From: Candidatus Marinacidobacterales bacterium
Lineage (GTDB): Bacteria; Acidobacteriota; Vicinamibacteria; Marinacidobacterales; SMYC01
Direction of reading: 5' to 3'
Length of the DNA: 64,000 bases
NCBI GenBank assembly: GCA_965237955.1
Contig: OZ250169.1
Location: 7,808,001 to 7,872,000 of the forward strand
Part shown: in pieces, positions 12,411 through 23,285 of the stretch
Layout of the letters: the number at the start of each line of letters is the position of its first letter
Numbering within the stretch: position 1 is the stretch's first letter
Made by a program: the position numbers and the translations under genes
Notes under the pieces: model-generated
Told to the model about the DNA's origin: nothing
What the model saw: only the letters and a program-made list of their open reading frames with translations
Database searches by the model: none

Positions 12411-13215
12411 GGTACTGTCAAGTTGGGCCTCTAACTGACAGAATGAGCCAATGAACAGCAAGTCGCCGAGCTACCGCGGATATCGATTTCCACCGGAGAT
12501 CATCAGCCACGCCGTTTGGCTCTACCATCGCTTTTGTTTGAGCTTTCGAGATGTAGAGGACCTCCTTGCCCAGCGCGGGATCACCGTCTCGTATGAAGCG
12601 ATCCGACTTTGGTGCATCAAGTTCGGTCCAGAATACGCTCGCGGGCTGAAGCGACGGCAAGGTCGCCTCGGCGATACGTGGCACCTGGACGAGGTGTTTG
12701 TAACCATCCAGGGTCAACGGCAGTATCTCTGGCGTGCGGTGGACCAAGATGGCGACGTCATCGATATCCTCGTCCAGCCTCGACGCGATCGGCGAGCCGC
12801 TAAACGCTTCTTTTGTAAGCTGCTGAAGGGGCAGGGCCGGCCACCCTGGCGGCTCGTCACCGACAAGCTGAGAAGCTACAGCGCCGCTCACCGCGAGGTC
12901 ATGCCATCCGTCGTCCACTGCACCGACCAGTACCAAAACAATAGAGCCGAGGTCTCGCACGAGCCGACGCGGCAACGTGAACGGCAAATGCGACGGTTCA
13001 AATCTCCGGGTCAAGCCCAGCGATTCTTGTCCGTTCATGGACTTGTCCAAAACCTCTTCCGCGTCGGACGACACCTGTTGCAAGCGCGTCATCACCGACA
13101 GCTTCGAGGTCGCGCGTTCCTCGCTTGGGACGCAGTAACGTGGGCGGCATGACCCGAACGGAGACGTCATGCCGACGGCACCGGCTTGCTCTCGCAACGT
13201 CAACTTGACAGTACC
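12411..13215 (+). mobile_element. IS6-family element; transposase 12451-13152
   Basis: 15-bp perfect IR GGTACTGTCAAGTTG; WHLDE, YLWRAVD, VTDK and NNRAE motifs; 805 bp; flanks are not duplicated. Confidence 0.95.
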
Positions 13216-13297
13216 CTTGGGATACTTCATGCTCGAACATACCTCGGCCACCACCATAGGCGGATTTCGCTCTCAGCCAGAGCGGTGCAACAACGCC
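13216..13297 (-). mobile_element. IS5 left-end remnant (rest removed next to IS6)
   Basis: Left IR plus the first codons of the transposase abut the IS6 IR. Confidence 0.85.
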
Positions 13298-13773
13298 AGC
13301 CCGTGCTATCGATCATCAGGTGGATGGGTTGAGTGCTCGCGGCTTTCGGAATCCGCAGCTTCTTGCGGAGCAACCTCGAGCGCCGACACAACGTCGAGTA
13401 GTCCGGGATCTCGATACCGAGCCCGAGAAGCGAGGCGATCGAGTGCAAGAAGCCTTCGGTTTGTCGGTAGGCGAGCTTGTACACCATCCGGACAACCAGG
13501 CCCGTTTCAATCGCCATGTCTGAATAGACCCGTTGACCGCCAGGCTTACCGGTCTTGTCGGCCTTCCAGTTCGCGATTGCCTCCTCGTCAAACCAGATTG
13601 TCAAATCGCCCCGGCGGCGCAGCCCTTCGTTGTATTCCGCCCAGTTGCGAACGTGGTACTTCTTCTGCTTCGCGTGCTTGTACTGGCAGCGCTTGGGATA
13701 CTTCATGCTCGAACATACCTCGGCCACCACCATAGGCGGATTTCGCTCTCAGCCAGAGCGGTGCAACAACGCC
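13298..13773 (-). mobile_element. 5' half of the split IS5 copy
   Basis: Left IR at 13773 through ...IDSTG; complements 10531-11148. Confidence 0.9.
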
Positions 13774-13851
13774 AGCAATATTTGAGAAACTCGGAGAACG
13801 TGGAAGAACCCTCGAGTCGTTCATCGCAAGAGCAAATCAGGGGACGCTCTG

Positions 13852-14109
13852 ATGGCAGATGACACGACACAACGCGCTGCGCATAAATTCTTCGCGGAGC
13901 GAGTGCACACGCTGGAGCCGTTCACAAAGGAGGACTTGCTCAACGCGCCCGGTTGGTCGGTTAGCGCGCTCAATACTTATTGGTCAAAGCAGTTTCGGGG
14001 CTTCATCGAAGATCTCGGCAGCGGCACTTATCGAGTCCGGGAGCGGTTCAGACAGTTTCTGGACTGGCGGAAGTTTCGAGCGCTCGTGACCCAGGTCAAG
14101 ACTCTTCCC
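13852..14109 (+). pseudogene. Hypothetical protein truncated by an M end
   Basis: Plausible RBS/ATG and coding-like ORF ending in repeat M at 14110. Confidence 0.5.
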
Positions 14110-14528
14110 CGTCCTGTGCCAAAACTCGGCCCTTTCGAAATAGACCATAAATCAGCAGCTTAGCGACTGGGCCAAGGGCCCCTTGGCTTTACAGTTACCC
14201 CACCCGCGGTCGACCTTCGAGAGCCGCGCCGTTTCACCGTACGGCAGAGGACGGCGAGCTGCTGCCGAAGAGCGACATTGTCAAGAGCCAGTTCGCGACG
14301 AGCCTTGAAGGCGGAGATGAGAGCGCGAACAAACGGCGAAATCAAGCAGGTATGGTGCCGACAGACCGGAGACTAATCAAGTTCGGGCGCCCGGATGAAT
14401 AAATAGAAGGCACAGGGTTGCGACAGGCAGAACGTGAGTTTCCCCCCGCATAGCAGGTCTAATACCGACCTGCTATGGTAGGCTGCTTCTGGTCGATCTT
14501 CTTTTTTGCGGAGCACAGGCAGTTACCA

Positions 14529-15584
14529 ATGAAACCACATTCCGGCTGGACGAAACTGTACTTCACAGATCGTTCACCAAAGGACGCCCTATCACCTAAC
14601 GGTGTCCTAACAACAAAAGGTCTTTGTCTTATCTTAATGGATCTATCTGTTGAAGGTAACTACGGCCCCATATGCAAGAAGGATCTCACTCTTTATAGCA
14701 ACTCTGCCAAAGGATTCACGGGGCGCTATTACATCTTGTCAAAAGAGGATGAGAACATTCTTCTTATAGCTGTATCTGATGGCTTGCTGGAGATCTGTCC
14801 CAAGGGCGATCATGGAGCATATGTTGATTTTACTGAGACCGGGCTTCAGGAAGCCCTGAAGTGGCCTCCTCCTCAGCTAGCCTTTATTTTGAGCGAGACA
14901 CAAGATGCTTTTCTCAAGGCCGCATCAAGGAGCGTTGGCGCCGTGTGCGAACTAGTGAAGGGATTTGAGACAAACCTAATCAGGGCACGCTCTTTTAATG
15001 CTTCGTATTTCACGTTTCAGACTGTCGTGAGCATTCTACACAAAATGATGCTCGACTCGAAAACTGCGATGGAGCACCTCACTCGACAGCACAAACAAAT
15101 CATTCGCCAGAAGCCTATCGAAAACAACTGCTCTCTATTTGACCTATATGTCGGACAGAACGCTCGCGTTCTGAACTCGTTCGAGCAAGGTATGTTCATG
15201 TCCTCTCAGCGAGCGGACTCCGAATACCGACTCGGCAAATGGCACGGCGGATACAATCATTTGGACGACTACAATCCCCTCAACTACGGTCGCCGTTCAC
15301 TAGCTAGGGGCGACTGGTTGGACTTCAAAATCTTTGAAGTATATGGGGACGACTACACCCTCGGTACACTGTTGGATGTCCTTCGCAATAATGAAGTGAG
15401 CCATAGTTCCTTGTCCAAGAGGAAATCGTTGAAACGAATGCTGGAGATTGCCAACAGAAACCTGCGAGGTGACGGGGATGTTGGACAAGACGATTCACGA
15501 GGCATCCACGAGACTCTGGTTTATATTGGCTACAATGTAGGGAAATTTCTGCGCATCATTAGATGCTGGCGTGCCACATTGTGA
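14529..15584 (+). CDS. Low-GC hypothetical protein with RxxxxxH (HEPN-like) motif
   Basis: About 350-aa ORF, visibly AT-richer than its flanks; LRNNEVSH near the C-terminus. Confidence 0.55.
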   Translation: MKPHSGWTKLYFTDRSPKDALSPNGVLTTKGLCLILMDLSVEGNYGPICKKDLTLYSNSAKGFTGRYYILSKEDENILLIAVSDGLLEICPKGDHGAYVDFTETGLQEALKWPPPQLAFILSETQDAFLKAASRSVGAVCELVKGFETNLIRARSFNASYFTFQTVVSILHKMMLDSKTAMEHLTRQHKQIIRQKPIENNCSLFDLYVGQNARVLNSFEQGMFMSSQRADSEYRLGKWHGGYNHLDDYNPLNYGRRSLARGDWLDFKIFEVYGDDYTLGTLLDVLRNNEVSHSSLSKRKSLKRMLEIANRNLRGDGDVGQDDSRGIHETLVYIGYNVGKFLRIIRCWRATL

Positions 15585-15843
15585 TGCCGCTTCAGTACGC
15601 AAGAGTTCAATCGTCTTAGACCCCATAGCTCGTTGGTTTACCGACCGCCGGCTTCAACCGGTCCTTGTCAGGACCGAATGACTGAGATACAACGTCATGC
15701 GTGTAGGTGGCCGACGGATCGATGATGCAGTGGCCAAGATTTTCCTCATGCCATCGCTCCCGCGGGTATCGAGGCTGCCCTTTTGCCAGAGGCGAACCTC
15801 GAAGCCGACCACGACGCTGCCCTGAAGCAGTGGCGAGTACAGG

Positions 15844-16090
15844 TTGAGCGCGCGCTATGAAGCTGAACGTGCCGAGAGACAGTTCAAAGCGGTCGAGCCC
15901 GAGAACCGTCTCGTAGCTCGCGGTCTCGAGACCGAGTGGGAGAAGCGGCTCCGGGATCTCGCCAACGCCGAAGCCGAGCTTGCCCGGCGTGAGCAGCAAC
16001 GTCCTCGCACGTTGACCCTTAAGCAGCGCGAGACCATGGCTACGCTTGGCGACGACCTCGAACGCGTATGGTCTGCTGCAACGACGACCA
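15844..16090 (+). pseudogene. Internal fragment of a large serine recombinase (coiled-coil region)
   Basis: ARYEAERAERQFKAVEPENRLVARGLETEWE...DL..VW.A..T signature; cut by an M end. Confidence 0.75.
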
Positions 16091-16282
16091 CGTCCTGTGC
16101 CAAAACTCGGCCCTTTTGAAATAGGCCATAAATCAGCAGCTTAGTGTCTGTGTTTGCGACCGGGCCAAGGGCCGTGGGCTTTACAATCGTCTGGCCCGAG
16201 GGTGCTATCTTCAGATCCAGTACCATCCATTGACCACCAGCAGAGCCACCGGCGCACGCCGCTAGCCATCGCACTTCCTGGA

Positions 16283-17031
16283 TCAGCTGCCGGAAGAGAG
16301 AGCAAGCCGGTTTCCCGCATCGCCGAGCCATTCATCCAGTTTCGACCACCGCCGCCGTCCCGAGACATTGCGCACGGCGATGGCCACAGCCTTCTTCTGG
16401 CCGACCAGCACAACCAGCCGTTTGCCGCGTGTCACGCCGGTGTAGAGCAGATTCCGCTGCAACATAACGTAGTGCTGGGTCAGAACGGGGATGACGACGG
16501 CAGGATACTCCGAACCCTGGCTCTTGTGAATGGTTGCGGCGTATGCCGGAACCAGCGTGTCAAGCTCGCCGAAGCCATAGGCGACGGCGCGCCCGTCGAA
16601 ATGCGCGGTCAGCTCGCCGTCATCGGGATCGACATCATCGATATAGCCGATATCGCCGTTATAAACCTCCTTGTCATAATCGTTTTCGATCTGCATCACC
16701 TTGTCGCCGGGCGCGAAGGTCCAGCCGAAGCGCTCGACCTTGCGCTCTCCGGCTGGATTGAGGGCAGTCTGCAGATCGATGTTGAGCGAGCGGGCGCCGA
16801 CGCCGCCGCGGTTCATCGGGCACAGCACCTGGATGTCGCGGACCGGATCGAGCCCGAAGCGCTTCGGGATGCGCGTCTTCACCAATTCGATGATCATCGG
16901 CACCGCGGTTTCCGGATTGTCCGCCTGCACGAAGTAGAAGTCGCTGTCGCCCTCGGGCTTCGAAAGATTGGGAATGGAACCCCGGTTGATCCCGTGCGCG
17001 CTGGTGACGATCCGGCTTCGCGCCGCCTGAC
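16283..17031 (-). pseudogene. RecD2-like SF1 helicase, C-terminal fragment
   Basis: QVLCPM, GDKVMQIENDY, NGDIG, AYAATIHKSQGSEY and LLYTGVTRGK; 5' part replaced by IS5. Confidence 0.9.
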
Positions 17032-18116
17032 GGCGTTGTTGCACCGCTCTGGCTGAGAGCGAAATCCGCCTATGGTGGTGGCCGAGGTATGTTCGAGCAT
17101 GAAGTATCCCAAGCGCTGCCAGTACAAGCACGCGAAGCAGAAGAAGTACCACGTTCGCAACTGGCCGGAATACAACGAAGGGCTGCGCCGCCGGGGCGAT
17201 TTGACAGTCTGGTTTGACGAGGAGGCAATCGCGAACTGGAAGGCCGACAAGACCGGTAAGCCTGGCGGTCAACGGGTCTATTCAGACATGGCGATTGAAA
17301 CGGGCCTGGTTGTCCGGATGGTGTACAAGCTCGCCTACCGACAAACCGAAGGCTTCTTGCACTCGATCGCCTCGCTGCTCGGGCTCGGTATCGAGATCCC
17401 GGACTACTCGACGTTGTGTCGGCGCTCGAGGTTGCTCCGCAAGAAGCTGCGGATTCCGAAAGCCGCGAGCACTCAACCCATCCACCTGATGATCGATAGC
17501 ACGGGCTTGAGGATTCATGTTGGAAACGCTCGCAAACCGCCAAAGCAGCGCGCATGGCGCAAGTTGCACATCGCCGTTGATCGCGAGACAGGGAACATTG
17601 TTGCGTCCGAACTGACGGCGTCACGAGCTCGCGACGCAACCCGAGTCCCCGCTTTGCTAACACAGATTCAAGCACCTCTAGTGTCGGTGGCGGCGGACAG
17701 TGCATACGACAAGGAAGCGGTCTACGAAGCCATCGAAGCGCACAGTCCTGGACGAAGGACGCGCGTGGTGATTCCGCCGCAACGAAACGCGACGCTCAGT
17801 CAGAATTCGAACACCGCCATGCAGGAGCGCGATCGCCATATTCGTGCAATCGAAAGACACGGCCGACGTGAATGGTACAAGCTCTCAGGCTACACCAAGC
17901 GAAGCATGGTGGAGAACGCGGTCTATCGTTACAAGGCGATCATCGGGCCGGAGATGCGGGCTCGAACGTTGGCGAGGCAACGAGTTGAACACCGAATTGG
18001 GTGCGAGATACTCAACAAGATGGCTGCGCTCGGGATGCCCGATACGTACTGCGCCGGGTGACTCTGCAACCGGCACAGGGAGGTCAGCGATTTGCTCCGG
18101 GCCGTGCAACAACGCC
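17032..18116 (+). mobile_element. IS5-family (IS903-like) element, copy 4; transposase 17072-18061
   Basis: Both IRs; intact ORF; flanks not duplicated. Confidence 0.95.
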
Positions 18117-18325
18117 GTTCGAAGGCGGGAGCTTCGACGTCCACAATGCCTGAGCTACTGAACCAACAGGAACTCCGCCGTCGGTTGCCATGCCCGCTGG
18201 CCGGGTCTAGACTTCCGCTTTGGGTTGTGACGATTGGAATGGGAGTGTTGTCATTGAAGCGAATTGCTAAGTTCCAATTGGTGCTACGAGTTATAGGTGC
18301 TTATATTGGAGTGGGAGTGTTGTCA

Positions 18326-18853
18326 ATGAAGCGAATCGCTGGCTGGGCTCTTGGTGTGATGTTTATCGGAGGCTCCCTGGGTGCTGCCGAACTACAGGTT
18401 GGCGACGAGGCACCCGACTTCGAGCTCCAAGGCACCGACGGAAAGTCCTACCGGCTCTCCGAGCTAAGGGGCAAGGCTGTGGTCCTTGCGTGGTTTCCGA
18501 AAGCGTTTACCGGTGGTTGAACGGCCGAATGCAAGTCGCTCCGTGAGAGCGGCGACGAAATCCGTGCTTTTGCGGTCAACTACTTCGCCGCGAGCTGTGA
18601 CACGGTCAAGACTAACAAGGAATTCGCCGAATCTCTCTCGCTCGACTATCCGATCCTGAGCGATCCCGACAAAGGCGTCGCGAAGTCCTATGGGGTCGTA
18701 ACGGCGAAGCGTGAATTGCCGCACCGCTGGACTTACTATGTCGACGCCGAAGGCAAGATCCTCTACATCGACAGAAGCGTCAACACGCACAGCGCGGGAG
18801 CGGATGTCGCGGCGCGATTGAAGAGGCTCGGAGTGCCGGCCTTGAGCAAGTAA
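18326..18853 (+). CDS. Peroxiredoxin (AhpC/TSA, BCP-like) selenoprotein, UGA=Sec at 18518-18520
   Basis: GDEAPDFEL...[22 protein letters not shown]...YPILSDPD...RWTYYVD reads in one frame through the TGA. Confidence 0.85.
18535..18553 (+). promoter_or_regulatory. Candidate bacterial SECIS hairpin
   Basis: GTCGCTC-cgtga-GAGCGGC stem-loop starting 14 nt after the in-frame TGA. Confidence 0.65.
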
Positions 18854-19283
18854 GACCGGCGAGAGCCTCCACTCGTTTCGTTCAAACCAATCTTTGCGCC
18901 CTCCACAGCGCTCTGCACCCCGGTGTCAGATGGCATGGAAATGTACCGGAAGACACGTTTATGTCACGAGGCATGTTCGATCAGCCCGTCGATTGCCGCC
19001 ACCGCTGCGGGTGCTTCCGCGTCCTGTGCCAAAACTCGGCTCTTTTGAAATAGACCACAAATCAGCAGCTTAGACGCCCTTGGAATCCGCGCAAAATCGA
19101 GGGTATTTCGCGCCGCAGGGCTGGCTTCCGACCCCAGAGCTGCGGGTGGCGAGCGACAGGCCCACCGGGGGTGCGCACGGCTGGCTCAAATCGGCTGCGG
19201 GGCGAGCTACGGCCAGTGAACTTCGCACCCGGAAGTCCCTCATTAGACTGGACTTTATCGAGCACAAGAGCGAACGTTCGGTG

Positions 19284-19715
19284 ATGCCGCAGGATACAGG
19301 GGTTGGCCGGAACGTCGTTTTGGACGGTTTGGACTTCGCCAGCTTACGGCGGGTCTGGGAGCAGACCTTTGGGGCTGCTCCTCCAAGCTCGCTCTCGCGT
19401 GTTTTCCTGCGCCGCGTTCTCTTGCACGAACGCCAGTGCCGGACCCATGGCGGGCTTTCGGCCGCAACCCGGCGCGCTCTGGCTGCCATGGCGAACGAGA
19501 CACCAAGCTCCGGCGCTCCCGCAGGGTCCGTTTCTGCCGGCACCCATCTCGTCCGCGAGTGGAATGGCCGGACCTACCAGGTCGAGGTAATCGACAACGG
19601 CTATCGGTTCGATGGCAAAACCTATCCGTCCCTCACTACCATCGCAAAGCGAATCACCGGCACCCACTGGTCAGGACCACGCTTTTTCGGTCTGACGCCC
19701 AAGCGCAAGGCCTAA
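19284..19715 (+). CDS. DUF2924-domain protein (copy 1)
   Basis: GTHLVREWNG..YQVEV...GYRFDGKTY.SLTTIAKRITGTHWSGPRFFGL; directly upstream of a serine recombinase. Confidence 0.9.
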   Translation: MPQDTGVGRNVVLDGLDFASLRRVWEQTFGAAPPSSLSRVFLRRVLLHERQCRTHGGLSAATRRALAAMANETPSSGAPAGSVSAGTHLVREWNGRTYQVEVIDNGYRFDGKTYPSLTTIAKRITGTHWSGPRFFGLTPKRKA

Positions 19716-19716
19716 C

Positions 19717-21378
19717 ATGAAGAAGATCCGCTGTGCCATCTATACGCGAAAGAGTGCGGAAGAGGGTCTCGAACAGGAGTTCAACTCCCTCGATGCGCAG
19801 CGAGAAGCCTGCGCCGCGTATGTCGCGAGCCAGAAAGCGGAGGGCTGGGTGCTGCTGCCAACTGTCTACGAGGACGCGGGGCTCTCGGGAGGAACCCTGG
19901 AGCGCCCGGGCCTGCAGCGCTTGCTCGCCGACATCGACGCAGGTCTCGTCGACCAGATTGTGGTCTACAAGGTCGACCGGCTGACCCGTTCCCTCTCCGA
20001 CTTTGCAAAGCTCGTCGAGCGGCTCGAGGCGGCCGGCGCGGTTTTCGTCTCGGTGACTCAGTCCTTCAACACCGCGACCAGCATGGGACGACTGACGCTG
20101 CATATGCTGCTGTCCTTCGCACAATTCGAACGCGAGGTCACGGCCGAGCGGATCCGCGATAAGGTCGCTGCCTCCAAGCGCAAGGGACTATGGATGGGCG
20201 GCCGCGTACCGCTAGGCTATGAGAAGGACGGGCGCACGCTGCGCATCAACGAGGCTGAGGCCGAAACGGTCCGGACGCTCTATGCGCTGTACCGAAAGCA
20301 CGGAACGCTCCGGCAGGTGAAGGCCGAGGCGGACCGTCTGAGACTGCGTACCAAGCAACGCTTCACCGCGGATGGAACCCGAACGGGCGGGCTGCCGTTC
20401 CGTCGCGGACACCTCCACTGCCTGCTGACCAATCCTCTCTACGCCGGCCGCATCCGGCACCAGAGGTGTGTCTACGAGGGCCAGCATCCATCGATCATTG
20501 CTCCGGAGCTCTGGGACGCGGTCCAAACGCAGCTGCAGGCAGGGGCTGCCAAACCAAGGAGACGCACGACGAAGGGCCGTGCAGCCCCTTCCCCACTGGC
20601 CGGCAAGCTCTTCGACGAGACCGGGGACCGGCTGACGCCGAGCCACACCAAAAAGAAAAACGGGCAACGGCTCCGCTACTACGTCTCCCGGCGCCTCATC
20701 CAGCACAGTGGCCAAAAGGACCTCTCCGGCTGGCGACTGCCCGCCCCGATGCTGGAACAGACCGTCGTGCATCTCATCCGACAGCATGTGGATGTCACGA
20801 CCTTCTCGGCCTCGTTGATCCACACTCCGACGATGCAAGAGCTCGCCTCGGTGCGTCGCTTTTTAGACGGGCTGTGTTCCGGCAGTAATAATGATAGTGC
20901 CTCGGCAGCCCCCCTGCTCCGTCTTATCCGGCGGGTCGACATCAGCCCAGGCTCTGTGTCTATCCTCCTCGACCGCAATGCGTTCGCTGCTTGCCTGTCT
21001 ATGGAGCCCGACCGCATTCGCGAGGATACGCTCCGCATCCACGCGCCGTTCCGCTTGCGTCGACGCGGCGTCGAGACCAAGCTCGTTCTGGGCAACCCCA
21101 CGAAATCCGTCGACCGCACACTCCTGCGCAATATCAGAAACGCCCTCTCCTGGCTCGACCGAATCAAAGCAGGCAAAACCTATGAGCAGATTGCCACCGA
21201 AAACGCCATCCAAACGGACCGCGTGCGCAAGGCAATCCGTTATGCCTTCCTGGCTCCCGACATCGTCCGCGCCATTGTCGAAGGCCGCCAGCCCGTTGGG
21301 CTGACCTCGAGCTACCTCTTGCATCATCCGCTTCCCGACGATTGGGAGAAACAGCGAGTGCTCGTCAAAACGCTGTGA
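19717..21378 (+). CDS. Large serine recombinase (intact)
   Basis: CAIYTRKS catalytic motif, DRLTRS, FEREVTAERIRDK and recombinase domain (LTNPLYAG); 553 aa. Confidence 0.92.
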   Translation: MKKIRCAIYTRKSAEEGLEQEFNSLDAQREACAAYVASQKAEGWVLLPTVYEDAGLSGGTLERPGLQRLLADIDAGLVDQIVVYKVDRLTRSLSDFAKLVERLEAAGAVFVSVTQSFNTATSMGRLTLHMLLSFAQFEREVTAERIRDKVAASKRKGLWMGGRVPLGYEKDGRTLRINEAEAETVRTLYALYRKHGTLRQVKAEADRLRLRTKQRFTADGTRTGGLPFRRGHLHCLLTNPLYAGRIRHQRCVYEGQHPSIIAPELWDAVQTQLQAGAAKPRRRTTKGRAAPSPLAGKLFDETGDRLTPSHTKKKNGQRLRYYVSRRLIQHSGQKDLSGWRLPAPMLEQTVVHLIRQHVDVTTFSASLIHTPTMQELASVRRFLDGLCSGSNNDSASAAPLLRLIRRVDISPGSVSILLDRNAFAACLSMEPDRIREDTLRIHAPFRLRRRGVETKLVLGNPTKSVDRTLLRNIRNALSWLDRIKAGKTYEQIATENAIQTDRVRKAIRYAFLAPDIVRAIVEGRQPVGLTSSYLLHHPLPDDWEKQRVLVKTL

Positions 21379-22239
21379 GCCTGCCAGCGCCCACTCCGTG
21401 AATGGGCTCGGTTAGCAGCAAGCTGCTCTCCGACACTGGCCTCCACCAATCAGACTCAAACTGGCCCAAATTCCCTGTCATGGTTTCCAGACTCGGATAG
21501 CTCCTTGTACTGGACCGTCTGCGGAGTCATCTTCGTTTCCTCCGTAAAACTCCGCTGGATGAATTCGAGGTTTGGCCAATTCGAATTCCGCTATTCGCCT
21601 TCTCCTCAGGCGCGATCTAGGCGTAGAGCGTCTTCTCATTGTCTGCGCGATTAAGTGGAAAAACGACACGATAAGCCCCAAAATCGCCCCAAATTGCACG
21701 CTAAGGACCTGTTTTGCTCTGTTTCTGATCGTTTCCAGCCAAGAATCGGAAGCTCCACTCGAGCCTCCCGACTGCGATAGCCGGAAAGATGTTCCCGTCG
21801 ACGAACATTCGCTGATGAGACGTAAAGCCTTTTGCGACAATGAGTAACGGTCGGAGCCGCCTCCGGAGGGTTTACGACACGGCCCTCTTTCAAGCGTCCA
21901 GGAGGTTGAGATTGCCGTATAGAAAATTTGATTGAAGCAAATTCGATTCCGGCTCAAACGACTACCCGTCGATGATGCGTGCGGGGACCAGCACGTGACG
22001 GAGGCCGTTAACTCACTGTAACAAAATAGGATAGAACGAAATTGGCACCAAGGTTGAAACCCGAGAGGGCGTAAAACAGCCTTCTCACAAAACCTGTGTA
22101 CGCGACAAGAAACTCAAGAAATGCGCGAAGCTCGAAACCTCCTGAATCTCCACTTACTTTTCTTTTTGAGGATTTCCGCCAAAAGCTGGACCACCTTTTG
22201 CCGAGACCGGATAGCTCCAACCTGCACCATCCGCCACCC

Positions 22240-22557
22240 CGTCCTGTGCCAAAACTCGGCCCTCTTGAAATAGCCGATAAATCAGCAGCTTAGCGTCTGT
22301 GTTTTGCGACGGTGCCAAGGGCTGTGGGCTTTGCAATCGTCTGGCTCGCGGGTGTTATCTTCGGATCCATCATGACGTACCATGTGCAAATCCTACTGTT
22401 GGTCAGGCAGCCGTTGTTCGATCGGGCAGCCCTTGCTGCTCACACAGACCTCATGGGTGCTTCCGCCATTAAGTGTTGGTAAAATGACGCTAAGACTTTA
22501 CGGTGCATTAAATTACAGCCATGGTCTTTCAAAAGGGCCGAGTTTTGGCACAGGACG
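22240..22557. mobile_element. Internally deleted M-element derivative
   Basis: Inverted M ends; interior has the transposase start (MTYHVQ) and an IS1-like end (GGTGCTTCCGCCATTAAGTG). Confidence 0.7.
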
Positions 22558-22668
22558 CCCACAGGCGCGGCCCGTGGGGCAGGTGCAGGAACCGCTGGTA
22601 TTCCTCGGGACTCACGCCGGCAGTGACGAAATCCTGCAGGTGTCCCGACGCGTCCATGGTCGTGATCC
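22558..22668 (-). pseudogene. 111-bp GAF-like domain fragment between back-to-back M ends
   Basis: Minus strand reads ITTMDASGHLQDFVTAGVSPEEYQRFLHLPHGPRLW. Confidence 0.5.
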
Positions 22669-23197
22669 CGTCCTGTGCCAAAACTCGGCCCTTTAGAAAT
22701 AGACCACAAATCAGCAGCTTAGACGCCCTTGGAATCCGCGCAGAATCCAGGGTATTTCGCGCCGCAGGGCTGACTTCCGACCCATGGGCTGGCGGATGAA
22801 TAAATAGAAGGCAGACCCCACAGCTCGTTGGGTTACCGACCGCCGGCGCCGGAAACGATTTGGTTGAAACCGGCTCCGCTACGCCGGCTTCAACCAGCTC
22901 TTGTCAGCACCGAATAACTGAGATACAACGTGGTACTAGCCGTGGGGTCAGGTCAGGCCCGCGTGGCGCTCGTCGCGGATGGCAACGCGAATACGCAGAT
23001 CGGCCAGTGCGTGCCGTCCATCGCGATGGAGTTCCTGGCCGACAACCCGTGCGACCGCCTTGGGCCAGTGCTCGGCCTCCCACCGCACCTCGTGCAACAG
23101 CCCTCTCGCGACGTGCCGGCAGCCATCACGACGGTGCAGGCCTCGGGTTTCGGGTGTATAACGGGTCCATCCGGGGCAGGCAAAACGGAAATCCCGG

Positions 23198-23285
23198 TGA
23201 GAAGCCGAGCAATGGGCGCATCGCCGTGAAGGTGTTCAATCACCTCGGCGATGAGGTCATGAAGGTGTTCCGGGTCAACAGATGA
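23198..23285 (+). pseudogene. Extreme C-terminus of a type III-like DNA methyltransferase
   Basis: KPSNGRIAVKVFNHLGDEVMKVFRV tail; ATGA overlap with the next gene. Confidence 0.65.

Noticed and set aside
10290-17272. Long fusion ORFs in the track (10290-11093, 16283-17272, also 36919-37326 and 48836-49273) as novel proteins
   Set aside because: They are the IS5 antisense frame reading out through the IR into truncated neighbouring sequence.
18233-18340. 36-bp repeat with 36-bp spacer as a mini-CRISPR
   Set aside because: Only two imperfect units, the second being the RBS/start of a gene; no cas genes.
21400-22240. ORFs downstream of the intact recombinase as cargo genes or an att site
   Set aside because: No recognisable motif or matching repeat could be identified by eye.
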